Origin: an uncultured Gammaproteobacteria bacterium | GTDB lineage: Bacteria; Pseudomonadota; Gammaproteobacteria; SZUA-229 | Assembly (NCBI GenBank): GCA_963768215.1 | Contig: CAVYHW010000045.1 | Span: forward strand, 1,821-65,820 | Direction of reading: 5' to 3' | DNA: 64,000 nucleotides | Part shown: positions 51,737 through 62,162 of the stretch, piece by piece | Layout: every line of letters starts with the position of its first letter | Numbering within the stretch: position 1 is the first letter of the stretch | Notes under the pieces: model-generated | Told to the model about the DNA's origin: nothing | Seen by the model: only the letters and a program-made list of their open reading frames with translations | Database searches by the model: none | Position numbers and translations under genes: made by a program

Positions 51737-52318
51737 ATGAAACAGGCTTTATTTCCTTTAAACACCGTACTATTTCCTGGCAGCATCCTGCCATTAAAGA
51801 TATTCGAGCAACGTTATTTAAATTTAATTAAAGACTGCATGAAACAGCAAACGGGGTTTGTCACTGTTTTAATCAGCCAGGGCAAAGAAGTGGGTGCCGC
51901 ACCCAAAATATACTGCGTTGGCTGTTATGTAGAAATAATCGACTGGGAAGCATTGGCCAATGGACTACTGGGCATTAGCGTACAGGCAAAATACCGTGTG
52001 CGATTGTCAAACAGTTCGGTTAGAGATGATGGTCTATTACTGGCTGAAGCAACCCCTTTTGAATCCATGCCGGATATTAAACCCCCTCTGCCAGAAGTTT
52101 TTGGAGCATTCGCTGATACTTTAAAACAGCTGCTAAATCATCCATTTGCGTTACGCTATAAAGATAAAGTCGATTTCAATAACGCTAACGACATTTGCTA
52201 TCGCCTTAGTGAGCTACTACCCATCAGCAATAAACAAAAACAGCTGTTACTGGAATCAGAAACAATAGAACAAATACTTGATCAGCTTGCTTTACACATT
52301 AATGCATTACAAACATAA
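51737..52318 (+). CDS. Lon N-terminal (LON substrate-binding) domain protein
   Basis: LFPLNTVLFPGSILPLKIFEQRY… resembles the Lon-N/PUA-like domain. 193 aa with no ATPase or protease domain. Confidence 0.7.
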   Translation: MKQALFPLNTVLFPGSILPLKIFEQRYLNLIKDCMKQQTGFVTVLISQGKEVGAAPKIYCVGCYVEIIDWEALANGLLGISVQAKYRVRLSNSSVRDDGLLLAEATPFESMPDIKPPLPEVFGAFADTLKQLLNHPFALRYKDKVDFNNANDICYRLSELLPISNKQKQLLLESETIEQILDQLALHINALQT

Positions 52319-52325
52319 GAAATAA

Positions 52326-52456
52326 AAGCTTTTCACCACAGAGGCACAGAGTACACAGAGTTTAATCATTAAATTTGTTAGATGCGCCGTAGGCGCATCT
52401 AACTAAATAATGATTTTACTCTGTGCTCTCTGTGCCTCTGTGGTGAAAAGCTTTTA
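52326..52456. repeat. ~130-bp palindromic REP/MITE-like element, copy 1 (arms AAAGCTTTTCACCACAGAGGCACAGAGTACACAGAG)
   Basis: Near-perfect long hairpin with a palindromic core (GTTAGATGCGCC-GTAG-GCGCATCTAAC). Related copy at 53620-53735. Confidence 0.75.
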
Positions 52457-52496
52457 ATGCTAAAATCACCCGACAATATTAATTGAGGAAATATCA

Positions 52497-53258
52497 ATGG
52501 CCTGGTGGGGGACATTTATTGGCGGCACCTTAGGTTACGTTTTTGGCGGGCCAATCGGTGCACTCATTGGTGCGGCGCTCGGCGGCAACCTGGACCGCGG
52601 TATCAAAATGGGTGACCAGTTCGATACCGGCAACCAGGAACGTGTACAACTGGCTTTTTTTACAACTACTTTTTCTGTTATGGGCCATATTGCCAAGGCA
52701 GATGGTCATGTTAGCGCACAGGAAATTTCTTCCGCCAAAAACATTATGGCGCAAATGCAGTTATCTGCTCAACAGCGAAAAGCGGCCATTAAGCTTTTTG
52801 ACCAGGGCAAAGCCACTGGCTTTCCACTAGAAGAGGTATTACACCAGTTTAAAAAAGAATGTCATGGTCGGCGCAACCTGGTCCAGATGTTTATTGAAAT
52901 CCAGATTGCCACAGCACTGGCTGACGGCAAAATCGATAGCAGTGAAAAACGCATTCTTTATACTATTGGTGAAATTCTTGGTTTCTCACGCAGCCAAATT
53001 GAGCACTTATTTAATATCGCAAATGGCGCCAAGGCCAGCGCCAGTGAAACATTAACATTGACCCAGGCATACAAAATTCTTGGTGTTAGCAAAGGCAGCA
53101 GTGAGGCCGAAATTAAAAAAGCTTATCGACGCCTGATGAGTCAGCATCATCCTGACAAACTTGTGGCGAAAGGTTTGCCCGATGAGATGATTGCTCTGGC
53201 GACAGAAAAAACCCAGGAAATCAGAAAAGCATACGATTTAATAAAAAAACACTTATAG
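52497..53258 (+). CDS. djlA: DnaJ-like co-chaperone DjlA
   Basis: N-terminal TM, TerB-like middle domain, C-terminal J-domain (YKILGVSKGSSEAEIKKAYRRLMSQHHPDK). Confidence 0.85.
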   Translation: MAWWGTFIGGTLGYVFGGPIGALIGAALGGNLDRGIKMGDQFDTGNQERVQLAFFTTTFSVMGHIAKADGHVSAQEISSAKNIMAQMQLSAQQRKAAIKLFDQGKATGFPLEEVLHQFKKECHGRRNLVQMFIEIQIATALADGKIDSSEKRILYTIGEILGFSRSQIEHLFNIANGAKASASETLTLTQAYKILGVSKGSSEAEIKKAYRRLMSQHHPDKLVAKGLPDEMIALATEKTQEIRKAYDLIKKHL

Positions 53259-53265
53259 GTTAACA

Positions 53266-53589
53266 ATGGAAATTACAGGCCCGCTAAATATTGGCGTTTT
53301 AGATAATGACACAGGTGGTCGAGAACTGCACCTGAGCTTTAAACCTGAATTTAGAATTTTAAATTTACAGCAGCAGACAGAAAGCTTTCAGGAGTTTATC
53401 AGCACTTTAATCAATCAAATCCAGAAACTTGATGCGTCTGATGTCAACCGTCAGGGCATGACCACTATCTTGCAAATTTGCGAGCAGTTAAAGCCACATA
53501 TTGAGAGTAATGAATTGCCGCTGGAAGAAACTATCGTGGTTAATATTCAGACCCATAGTCCGTTTGGCAATATTAAGATTTCGGGGTAG
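53266..53589 (+). CDS. Hypothetical 107-aa protein co-transcribed with djlA
   Basis: 8-nt gap after djlA. No known motif. Confidence 0.45.
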   Translation: MEITGPLNIGVLDNDTGGRELHLSFKPEFRILNLQQQTESFQEFISTLINQIQKLDASDVNRQGMTTILQICEQLKPHIESNELPLEETIVVNIQTHSPFGNIKISG

Positions 53590-53618
53590 GACTGTACTGA
53601 GAAATAAGCTTTAAAAAC

Positions 53619-53735
<117 letters not shown>

Positions 53736-53751
53736 TCTTTATGTACTAAAG

Positions 53752-54159
53752 TTAATTAATTTTTGAACCGCTTAATTCCCAGGCATACGCACAGTCCAGT
53801 TCAGATAAAACAGCCACCACACCTGTTTCACCATCTTCCAGCATGGCCTGTAGAGGGCACCGGTTCTTTAGTCGTGCATGTGGCGCAGCCATCCAGCGCG
53901 CACCCATCTGTAAATTTCTTGGGTAAGAAGTGCGCAAGGCATCAATAATGCCCAGTAAAAACTTTACCCGGCATGCCACATTTTCATCATCGGGAAACGG
54001 TGTATCTTTACGATATTTTGCCAGATGACGACTGCGCTCAGTCTCAGGAAAATCCAGAATGGCGAGTATCTGATCACCACTCAAACCCCAGTCATCCAGT
54101 GCATTCATCACTTTTTGTGTATGCAACAATTTTTGTTCAGCACTTATGGTAATAGTCAT
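53752..54159 (-). CDS. DUF2384 (Xre-like antitoxin C-terminal/MbcA-ParS type) domain protein, no cognate toxin adjacent
   Basis: C-terminal RNLQMGARWMAAPHARLKNRCPLQAMLEDGETGVVAVLSELDCAYAWE fits the DUF2384 pattern (A..Wl..pn..lgg..Pl.ll.t..G...V...L..i..G). Confidence 0.55.
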   Translation of the reverse strand: MTITISAEQKLLHTQKVMNALDDWGLSGDQILAILDFPETERSRHLAKYRKDTPFPDDENVACRVKFLLGIIDALRTSYPRNLQMGARWMAAPHARLKNRCPLQAMLEDGETGVVAVLSELDCAYAWELSGSKIN

Positions 54160-54244
54160 GATTTATTAAATTGGGGACTTATCGGGTTAAAATGAGTCAT
54201 AATTTTACCATATTTACCGTTTTTCAATAACCACAGGAAAATTC

Positions 54245-54790
54245 ATGGCAATACAGCCGGTATTACGCCTAGGCGACCCACGATTACTAGCAACTGCATC
54301 TAAAGTTGATGGGTTCAATTCCGCTGAACTTGATACTTTGATTAGAGATATGTTCGACACCATGGAAGCGAATGATGGCGCTGGACTGGCAGCACCACAA
54401 ATAGGCGTTGCTTTACGTGTGGTAATTTTTGGTTTTGATAACAATCCTCGTTATCCAGAAAGCCCTGCCGTCCCTAAAACGGTTTTAATCAATCCAGAAA
54501 TCACGCCGCTAAATGATCACAAAGAAGATGGCTGGGAAGGCTGCTTAAGTGTTCCCGGAATGCGTGGCGCGGTTTCACGTTTTACTAAAATCCACTATAC
54601 CGGTTATGACGCCTCAGGCAACCCTGTTGATGTCAGGGCGGAAGGCTTTCATGCCCGCGTGGTACAGCATGAATGCGACCATCTTGATGGCATTATTTAT
54701 ACACAACGTTTAACTGATCCAGGAAAATTTGGCTTTATCGAGGAATTGCTCAGCTCCGGTCAGCTAAATACTGGCCAGTGTTCTGAATAA
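54245..54790 (+). CDS. def: Peptide deformylase
   Basis: Motifs GLAAPQIG, EGCLSVPG, HECDHLDG. Confidence 0.9.
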   Translation: MAIQPVLRLGDPRLLATASKVDGFNSAELDTLIRDMFDTMEANDGAGLAAPQIGVALRVVIFGFDNNPRYPESPAVPKTVLINPEITPLNDHKEDGWEGCLSVPGMRGAVSRFTKIHYTGYDASGNPVDVRAEGFHARVVQHECDHLDGIIYTQRLTDPGKFGFIEELLSSGQLNTGQCSE

Positions 54791-54996
54791 CATGTTTTAC
54801 CAGGCAACAGAATATGTTTATTTCTATTACTAATGCAACCTGTACTGCTATAAATAATACAGATGGAAACTTTAACAGCTCGAACACAAATACAATAAAC
54901 CGGTCGCATATTATAGTTTGCACTTTAAAGTTATTTTAAAACGCATTTAGCCTATCATTATGGATAATACAGTTTAACAATCCGCAGTCATCCTTT

Positions 54997-55566
54997 ATGA
55001 AATCTTATTCCATCACCTTCGCTTTATTCATTAATTTCTTTTTCCAGCCTATGTCATGGGCAACCAGTTTATTACCCATCAGCCTTGAGCAACTTTCGAC
55101 TCGCGCAACTTTAATTTTTTACGGAGAGGTTGTAAGTAATCAGGTAAAAAAAGATGAACCACATGGGCACATTGTCACTTTTACTGAATTCAATATAATC
55201 GAATTAATTAAAGGCAATGCTGGCGATAGCCACACTATAAAACAAATTGGTGGCTCTTTAAAAGAAAGCAATATCAGGCTTCGAATTCATGGTGTGCCTG
55301 AATTTGTAACCGGTAAAGAATATGTCGTTTTTTTACCGGAAAAGTCTCAACGTGGATTTAGTAGCCCATTAGGTTTACATCAGGGTGCATTTTCTGTTGA
55401 GAGTATTAATGGTGAAAAAATTGTAAGTAACGGCAGCAAACCAGCACCACAGGTTAATTCTGGTAATCGAAGTATAAATATCCCACTAGCCATAAATCCT
55501 GAGAACCCAACTCAGTCAAATCTGAATAACTTCATTAATACTGTGCGAGCATACAATATTCAATAA
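54997..55566 (+). CDS. Secreted hypothetical protein (189 aa) upstream of the metzincin
   Basis: Signal peptide. 5-nt gap to the next gene. No motif. Confidence 0.5.
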   Translation: MKSYSITFALFINFFFQPMSWATSLLPISLEQLSTRATLIFYGEVVSNQVKKDEPHGHIVTFTEFNIIELIKGNAGDSHTIKQIGGSLKESNIRLRIHGVPEFVTGKEYVVFLPEKSQRGFSSPLGLHQGAFSVESINGEKIVSNGSKPAPQVNSGNRSINIPLAINPENPTQSNLNNFINTVRAYNIQ

Positions 55567-55571
55567 GTAAG

Positions 55572-56810
55572 ATGATAAAGTCATTCAGAATAATCTGTGT
55601 TTTCCTTTTGCAAATCTACGGCAGCATATCTTATGCTGGCGGCCCTTTAGCTGCAGTAAGCCTCAATGGAGGCACAGCTGTTACTTATCAGGACTCAAAC
55701 ATTACATTACATATAGAAAATGGTGACCTGGGCGGCCTTTCTAACGCAGTGGCTGTTACACTCATGCAGGAAGCATTTGAACTATGGAACAGTATAACCA
55801 CATCTAGTATAAACCTGAATTTGGACCAGACCCAAATAGCACTTGATATTGACCACCTTAACTATCAGGTTTATTTACCTAATGAAACAGACAACTTGAA
55901 TCCCATTATTTTTGACTCCGACGGGAAAATTATTGATGAATATCTAGGTAATTCCCAAAGCGATTTAATATTAGGGTTTGCCGAATCAATAGTTAATACC
56001 GCAACAGGCCATTTTATTGAAGGCAGTATTGTACTTAATGGCAAGATAACTGGCAGAACAAATACAGAAATCAAACTGACTTTTGCACATGAAGCCGCAC
56101 ATTTTTTTGGACTTGACCATTCACAAAACGATATCAACAATCAGGAATCTTTTTTTGATTTGCCACTATTCTGCTTTACCACAAATTCAGATAACTATCC
56201 TCTGATGTATCCAGTTTCATGCCGTGAAAATGAAACTTTGCATGCCGATGATATCAGTGCAGCATCTGCACTTTATCCTGCAGCAAACGTCAATGACAGC
56301 TTTGGTATTTTAAATGGGCAGTTTTTTGATGAATCAGGTAATGCTATTTTAGGCGCCAACATCTGGGCAGAGAATACTACAACAGGTGAAATTGTCAGTA
56401 TTGTCTCGGATTATTTAAAACAGGGCACAGGTTATTACAAACTATATCTGCCGCCAGGTATGTATACACTGCATGCAAACTCTATAAATACAGAATTTAC
56501 AGCTGGTTCTGGCGTAGGGCCATATTCTCTTACCAGTTCTGATATATCATTTACTGAACCTCACCCTATAGCAGAAGTAACATATCATGGCAGCAATGAA
56601 GCCAATGATGAAGTTATCTCTATTATGGACAACCAGGCAGTGGCCATAGATTTCGCCAGCACGGGTGCACTTATCGTAACCGAATCCAGCAATGAGTCAG
56701 AAGATGATAGCTGGCGTGACTTATTTGGTGCGACGTCACATATAACGCTATTAATAATGGCTGGCCTTTTAGTATTTGGACGTTTAATTACTAAACCGAA
56801 GTCTGCGTGA
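55572..56810 (+). CDS. Secreted M10-family (matrixin/serralysin-like) zinc metalloprotease with C-terminal hydrophobic-basic tail
   Basis: Signal peptide. HEAAHFFGLDHS (HExxHxxGxxH) plus Met-turn YPLMYP. The C-terminal …SHITLLIMAGLLVFGRLITKPKSA looks like a sorting or anchor signal. Confidence 0.75.
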   Translation: MIKSFRIICVFLLQIYGSISYAGGPLAAVSLNGGTAVTYQDSNITLHIENGDLGGLSNAVAVTLMQEAFELWNSITTSSINLNLDQTQIALDIDHLNYQVYLPNETDNLNPIIFDSDGKIIDEYLGNSQSDLILGFAESIVNTATGHFIEGSIVLNGKITGRTNTEIKLTFAHEAAHFFGLDHSQNDINNQESFFDLPLFCFTTNSDNYPLMYPVSCRENETLHADDISAASALYPAANVNDSFGILNGQFFDESGNAILGANIWAENTTTGEIVSIVSDYLKQGTGYYKLYLPPGMYTLHANSINTEFTAGSGVGPYSLTSSDISFTEPHPIAEVTYHGSNEANDEVISIMDNQAVAIDFASTGALIVTESSNESEDDSWRDLFGATSHITLLIMAGLLVFGRLITKPKSA

Positions 56811-59800
56811 TGCTGAATCAGCAATAAACTGTAAAAACCTGTCATTTTCCATTGGCTCACTCACATAATATCCCTGAATAGTTTCTACGCCACGCTGATT
56901 CAAAAACTCAAACTGATCCCTGGTTTCTACACCTTCACCTATAATGCTTAATCCCAGGCTGTGCGCCATGGCAATAATTGCTTCGCATAATGCCGTATCG
57001 TCGGGGTCTTCACCTATATCAGAAACAAACGCTTTATCAATTTTCAACACATCAAATGGAAAACGTTTTAAATAACTTAAAGAAGAATAACCGGTGCCAA
57101 AATCATCTATTGATAGCCGGATACCCATGCCCTTAAACTGGCTTAATAAATTAATTACATGCGGCACATCTTTCATTAACAGGCGTTCAGTGATTTCAAG
57201 TTCAAGACATGAACCCGGCAAATCATATCGCTTTAGAGCATCTGAAATATTCTTAACAATATTTTTGCCCCTAAACTGACGGCTGGATAAATTAACCGCA
57301 ATATAAAAATCTTTATACTCTGTATTTTTCCGCCATTGTTTTACACTGGAAAGTGCTGTATCCAGCACCCAGTTACCTATTTCAACAATCAAACCACTTT
57401 CTTCCGCAAGCGGGACAAACTCTTCCGGTGACACATCACCCAACTCTTCGTCGACCCAGCGTATTAAAGCTTCAGCGCCAACAATTGATTTTGACCGGGC
57501 ATCCATCAAGGCCTGATATTTCAGATAAAAATCACCGCCTTCCAGTGCATGACGCAACTTATTATCAATCTCAACACGTTTCATCACCACATCGCCCATT
57601 TCAGGCGTAAAGACTTGATATGTATTGCGGCCTTTACGCTTGCTTCTATACATTGCCGTGTCTGCATTCCTTAGCAGCACATGCGGATCATCACCATCCT
57701 GTGGAAAAATAGCAACACCGACACTGGCAGTAACGGAAAATTCCATGTCCTGTATCACGCAGGGTTTTGAAACATGACGTAAAATATCTTCTGCTTTATT
57801 TTTTACAATGTCCTCAAAAGAAACAGCACGAACATCCCTGTCTTCAAAAGAAGAAGCATGAACTTCCCTGGGCTCATCAACCTCTAGCAGCATGATTAAA
57901 AACTCATCTCCACCCAGTCGCGCTACTGTATCAAAATCACGCACACAGGCTTTTAGCCTGCCAGCCATATATCTTAAAAACTCATCTCCGGCACTATGGC
58001 CTAAGGTGTCATTAATATTCTTAAAATGGTCAAAGTCCATATATAAGATTGCAATATGTTTTTGCTCACGATCCGCAGTTGCAATTGCCTGTTGAATGCG
58101 GTCATAAGCCAGAGTACGATTTGGTAAATCTGTTAACTTGTCGTAACTGGCCTGATATAACAGGCGATCTTCATAGTCCTTACGCAGGGAAATATCTTCT
58201 TTAATGGCCAGGTAATGCGTACTTTGGTTATTACCATTCTTAATTGGAGAAACGGTGACGTTTTCCCAGAACAGTTCGCCGTTTTTCTTTTTATTGTAAA
58301 GCTCTCCAGTCCATGATTTGCCGGAGATAATTGCATTCCACATGTTTTTAAACTGTACTTCAGGTGTATGACCTGATTTTAAAATACGCGGGTTCTGCCC
58401 TATTAATTCATCCTCTGTGTAACCTGTAATTTTACATAGCTGAGGATTAACATACTCTATAGCACCATCCAGATCAGTAATCATTACAGAGACAGGACTT
58501 TGTTCTATCGCCTGTGATAATTTATGTAAACTTTCTGCGGTAAGCTTATGGCTGCCAACCTCATCTTCTAAATCAACAATCAAACCATTGATATTTTCCG
58601 TCATTTCATTAAATGCTTTGGCCAGAATACCTATTTCATCATCCGCCTCAATATTAGCTTTGGCTTTCAGATCACCATCGGCAATTTTTTTAACCACGGT
58701 AGTTAAGCGTTTAACAGGCCCTAGCAAGAGCTGTGTTGCCGCCATAACGATTAATACAACGATAAATATGATAATACATGCCAGCAGTAAAGTGGTTTTT
58801 GTTTGCGCCACCACAGGCTCTAAAAATATATCCTGTGGTAAAGACACAATAATGGTCCACGGCGCTGTGCTTAACTTGATAACTGCGGAAGAATACATTG
58901 ATGTACCCAGGCCATAAAACCGGGTTTCCATAATAGGTAAACTATCACTCATACTCTGAACTTTTTTACTCCATTCAGAAGGTTCAATAAACGCCGTAGA
59001 AGCATTTTTCGGTACTCGTTTATCTTTTATTAGTTCCTGTAATTTTTTCTCGTCGTGTCCAGTTGCCAGGGTATAGTTAAGATCCGCCCGACGCCCATGG
59101 ATCAGGCGAAGATAATTTTCATCCAGCAAAACTGCAAATGAGCCTCGACCAACCATACCCCTGGTTTTTCCAAACAGTGTTGTAAGAATAGAAGCATCAT
59201 ATTTTGCCCTCAAAACACCGATCAGTTTTCCTGATAAATCATTAATGGCACTACTGAAAACAATGACCGCCTGCTTTTCATCAAAAATTACCGGGGATCG
59301 ATAGCTATTAAGACCTGTATTAATGGCCAGTTGACTAAAATATTCCTGCTGACTTTCATCCGCACCAATATTTGCTGAATCGGTATCCAGTATATTAATA
59401 CCTTCCCTGTTTAATATTGCATAGGAAGAAATATGCTCATTCTGCCTGGACCTGAGCGCACGTAATATTTCCAGCAGCGCCTGACGATTAAAGGGTGGCT
59501 CTGCTTTTCGGGTAATAAAATAATTAATTGTCGGCAGGCTTGCTTCGGTTTTTAAAAACTGCGAATTGCGGCGATTAAACTGGTCGATTCGTGCTGCATA
59601 GTTCCTCGCAGCCAAATTTAGCGCATTGTTTGCACTCTCAGCCAGGTTCTCACGCATAATGTAGCCATCAAGTACAGCCAGCACTGACAGCGAGGTCAAC
59701 ACGATGACCAGGAACGCCATGATAAGTTTGGCGCGCAGGGTATATCTGCGCGCAAGAAAAATGCCGATCACCAGCAGCACGATGCCACTAATTACCAGTA

Positions 59801-59822
59801 AACCTGCAATCTCTAATACCAC
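56784..59822 (-). CDS. Membrane sensor GGDEF/EAL protein with periplasmic sensor, HAMP and PAS domains
   Basis: Two TM helices flanking a ~300-aa periplasmic domain, HAMP, PAS, GGDEF (RLGGDEFLI), EAL (ELEITE…, DDFGTGYSSL). Its 3' end overlaps the convergent metzincin gene by 27 nt. Confidence 0.9.
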   Translation of the reverse strand: MVLEIAGLLVISGIVLLVIGIFLARRYTLRAKLIMAFLVIVLTSLSVLAVLDGYIMRENLAESANNALNLAARNYAARIDQFNRRNSQFLKTEASLPTINYFITRKAEPPFNRQALLEILRALRSRQNEHISSYAILNREGINILDTDSANIGADESQQEYFSQLAINTGLNSYRSPVIFDEKQAVIVFSSAINDLSGKLIGVLRAKYDASILTTLFGKTRGMVGRGSFAVLLDENYLRLIHGRRADLNYTLATGHDEKKLQELIKDKRVPKNASTAFIEPSEWSKKVQSMSDSLPIMETRFYGLGTSMYSSAVIKLSTAPWTIIVSLPQDIFLEPVVAQTKTTLLLACIIIFIVVLIVMAATQLLLGPVKRLTTVVKKIADGDLKAKANIEADDEIGILAKAFNEMTENINGLIVDLEDEVGSHKLTAESLHKLSQAIEQSPVSVMITDLDGAIEYVNPQLCKITGYTEDELIGQNPRILKSGHTPEVQFKNMWNAIISGKSWTGELYNKKKNGELFWENVTVSPIKNGNNQSTHYLAIKEDISLRKDYEDRLLYQASYDKLTDLPNRTLAYDRIQQAIATADREQKHIAILYMDFDHFKNINDTLGHSAGDEFLRYMAGRLKACVRDFDTVARLGGDEFLIMLLEVDEPREVHASSFEDRDVRAVSFEDIVKNKAEDILRHVSKPCVIQDMEFSVTASVGVAIFPQDGDDPHVLLRNADTAMYRSKRKGRNTYQVFTPEMGDVVMKRVEIDNKLRHALEGGDFYLKYQALMDARSKSIVGAEALIRWVDEELGDVSPEEFVPLAEESGLIVEIGNWVLDTALSSVKQWRKNTEYKDFYIAVNLSSRQFRGKNIVKNISDALKRYDLPGSCLELEITERLLMKDVPHVINLLSQFKGMGIRLSIDDFGTGYSSLSYLKRFPFDVLKIDKAFVSDIGEDPDDTALCEAIIAMAHSLGLSIIGEGVETRDQFEFLNQRGVETIQGYYVSEPMENDRFLQFIADSASRRLRFSN

Positions 59823-59990
59823 GCGCTTACACTCTGTTGATAATCATAAATTAGCATTGTAATATCATTTTCGTTTAAACAGTATTCTATTATTAAGGAT
59901 AGCTTTCTCACACGGTAAATTCTATTATTATCGTTTTCCTGGCAAAATATCTGCCGCCACCATATTCATCTACCTGACAAGGCTGTATTC

Positions 59991-62003
59991 ATGACAGACC
60001 AGCTGACTGAAAACAATAATGACAATCAGGATAATGGCCAAGCTTATGGCCGAGTTTACGGCAACTGGCCTTCTGTTATTTCTGCTGAACTTATCGCCAG
60101 TGACAGTATATCCATCGACGAGCCAAAACTATCAGCAAATGCCATTTATTATATTGAACGCAGACCGCATGAAAATGGCCGCTGCGTAATAGTGAAAGTT
60201 ACTCACAACGAAACTACTGATATTTTACCTGAAACTTATAGTGCACGGTCGCATGTACACGAATATGGTGGTGGCAGTTATTGTGTAGATGACGAATTAC
60301 TGTTTTTCATTAATGAGAAAGATCAGGACATTTATTGTATAAAGAACAGTCAGATATCACGTGTTACAACAGCTGAAAACAAACGCTTTGCCGATTTCAT
60401 CTATGATGATAAATTTCATCGGCTTATCGCAGTATGTGAAACACACAGCGAAAGCTCTGTCACAAACTCTATTGTCAGCATTGATATTAGTAATGGCCAG
60501 ATAACAACCATTGAGCAGGGAGATGATTTTTATGCCAGCCCCAGATTAAACTCCTGTGCAGACCGGTTATGCTGGCAAAGCTGGAAGCATCCTAATATGC
60601 CCTGGGATGGCAACCTGCTTTACCTGGCAGACATCGATAACGCAGGTCAGATTGTAAACACGACGCATATTGCTGGCACCGATAATATTTCCGTGTTTCA
60701 GCCACAATGGTCACCTGATGATGTTTTATATTTTATTTCTGATGATAGCGGATGGTGGCACTTATATCGCTATCTTGATACCGGGCCGTCAGTCCGTATA
60801 GAACAGCTAACTGAAGGAGAAAAGGAATTTGGCCTGCCGCAATGGGTGTTTGCACAATCAACGTATGCTTTTGTTGATAGCACACAAATTCTTTGTTGTT
60901 ATCAATCTGAGAACAAAACAACACTAGCATCATTATCACTTAGTGGACATGCAACACTAACTCCAATATCAACACCATGGCTGGAATACAGCTGCATAAC
61001 ATCCGCTAACAATACGTGTGGGACAGGCAGGGTTTGTTTTATAGCCGCATCCAGGCAAAGTTTCCCGCAACTGATTTCTGCGACCCTTAATTACAGCGAA
61101 CCATGTACTTTATCAGCAACCGTGATTAAAACATCATGCCAGCTGCCAATATCAATAGAACATTACTCCAGAGCTCAAAACATAACTTTCACAAATCGAC
61201 ATCAACAAAAAGTTTATGCAAATTATTACCCGCCGACGAATCCAATCTGTCACGCTAATGATAATGAATTGCCGCCATTGATTGTAATGTGTCATGGCGG
61301 GCCGACGGGTCAAACAAACACCGCCCTTGACCCAAAAAAGCAGTTCTGGACTTCACGCGGTTTTGCACTGCTAGATGTTAACTACAGTGGCAGCACGGGT
61401 TATGGCAGAGACTACCGCTTGCGCCTGAATAACAAATGGGGCCAGCTTGATGTCGAAGATTGTTGTGACGCCGCACACTTCGCCGTTTCGCAAGACCTGG
61501 CTGATAAAAATCATTTAATCATCCGAGGCAGCAGTGCAGGTGGTTATACAGTGCTGTCCGCGCTAACCTTCCAACAGGTGTTTTCTGCAGGAGCAAGTTA
61601 TTACGGTATCTCAGAACTAAGCAGCCTCGCCACTGATACTCATAAATTTGAATCTCGTTATCTTGACCGGCTTATTGGGCCATATCCTGAAGCTAAAGCT
61701 TTATATGAGCAACGCTCTCCAGTCAACTACAGCGACCAGTTCAATTGCCCCGTTATCTTTTTTCAGGGAATGGAGGACAGCGTGGTACCAAAAGAACAGG
61801 CAGAAAAAATGTTTGAAGCTTTAAATAAAAAAGGCCTGCCAGTTGCCGTACAATATTTTGAAGGAGAAAAACACGGCTTTAGAAAAGCAGAGACCATCAT
61901 TCATTCATTAGAAAACGAGTTAAGTTTTTATCAGTTGATATTTAACTTAAAACCCAGGGATGAAATCAATTTTAAAGGCGACATTGAGTTAAAAAACATT
62001 TAA
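59991..62003 (+). CDS. S9-family serine peptidase (prolyl oligopeptidase/dipeptidyl aminopeptidase-like)
   Basis: N-terminal beta-propeller, C-terminal alpha/beta hydrolase with GSSAGGYT nucleophile elbow and the Asp/His region. Confidence 0.85.
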   Translation: MTDQLTENNNDNQDNGQAYGRVYGNWPSVISAELIASDSISIDEPKLSANAIYYIERRPHENGRCVIVKVTHNETTDILPETYSARSHVHEYGGGSYCVDDELLFFINEKDQDIYCIKNSQISRVTTAENKRFADFIYDDKFHRLIAVCETHSESSVTNSIVSIDISNGQITTIEQGDDFYASPRLNSCADRLCWQSWKHPNMPWDGNLLYLADIDNAGQIVNTTHIAGTDNISVFQPQWSPDDVLYFISDDSGWWHLYRYLDTGPSVRIEQLTEGEKEFGLPQWVFAQSTYAFVDSTQILCCYQSENKTTLASLSLSGHATLTPISTPWLEYSCITSANNTCGTGRVCFIAASRQSFPQLISATLNYSEPCTLSATVIKTSCQLPISIEHYSRAQNITFTNRHQQKVYANYYPPTNPICHANDNELPPLIVMCHGGPTGQTNTALDPKKQFWTSRGFALLDVNYSGSTGYGRDYRLRLNNKWGQLDVEDCCDAAHFAVSQDLADKNHLIIRGSSAGGYTVLSALTFQQVFSAGASYYGISELSSLATDTHKFESRYLDRLIGPYPEAKALYEQRSPVNYSDQFNCPVIFFQGMEDSVVPKEQAEKMFEALNKKGLPVAVQYFEGEKHGFRKAETIIHSLENELSFYQLIFNLKPRDEINFKGDIELKNI

Positions 62004-62028
62004 TAGCTTTATTTATCCACAGATGAAC

Positions 62029-62157
62029 GCAGATAAGAATTATACATATGCAATTCACATGAGAACCCCGTCACCCTTCACTATCGATCAGGATAACAAC
62101 ACTTTATTAACCTAAAGCTTTTATCGGTGTTTATCTGCGTTCATCTGTGGACAATAA
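62029..62157. repeat. Hairpin element with 24-bp stem (TTATCCACAGATGAACGCAGATAA) and ~77-nt loop
   Basis: Between convergent genes. The stem is too long and the loop too large for a simple terminator. Confidence 0.6.
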
Positions 62158-62162
62158 ATTCT

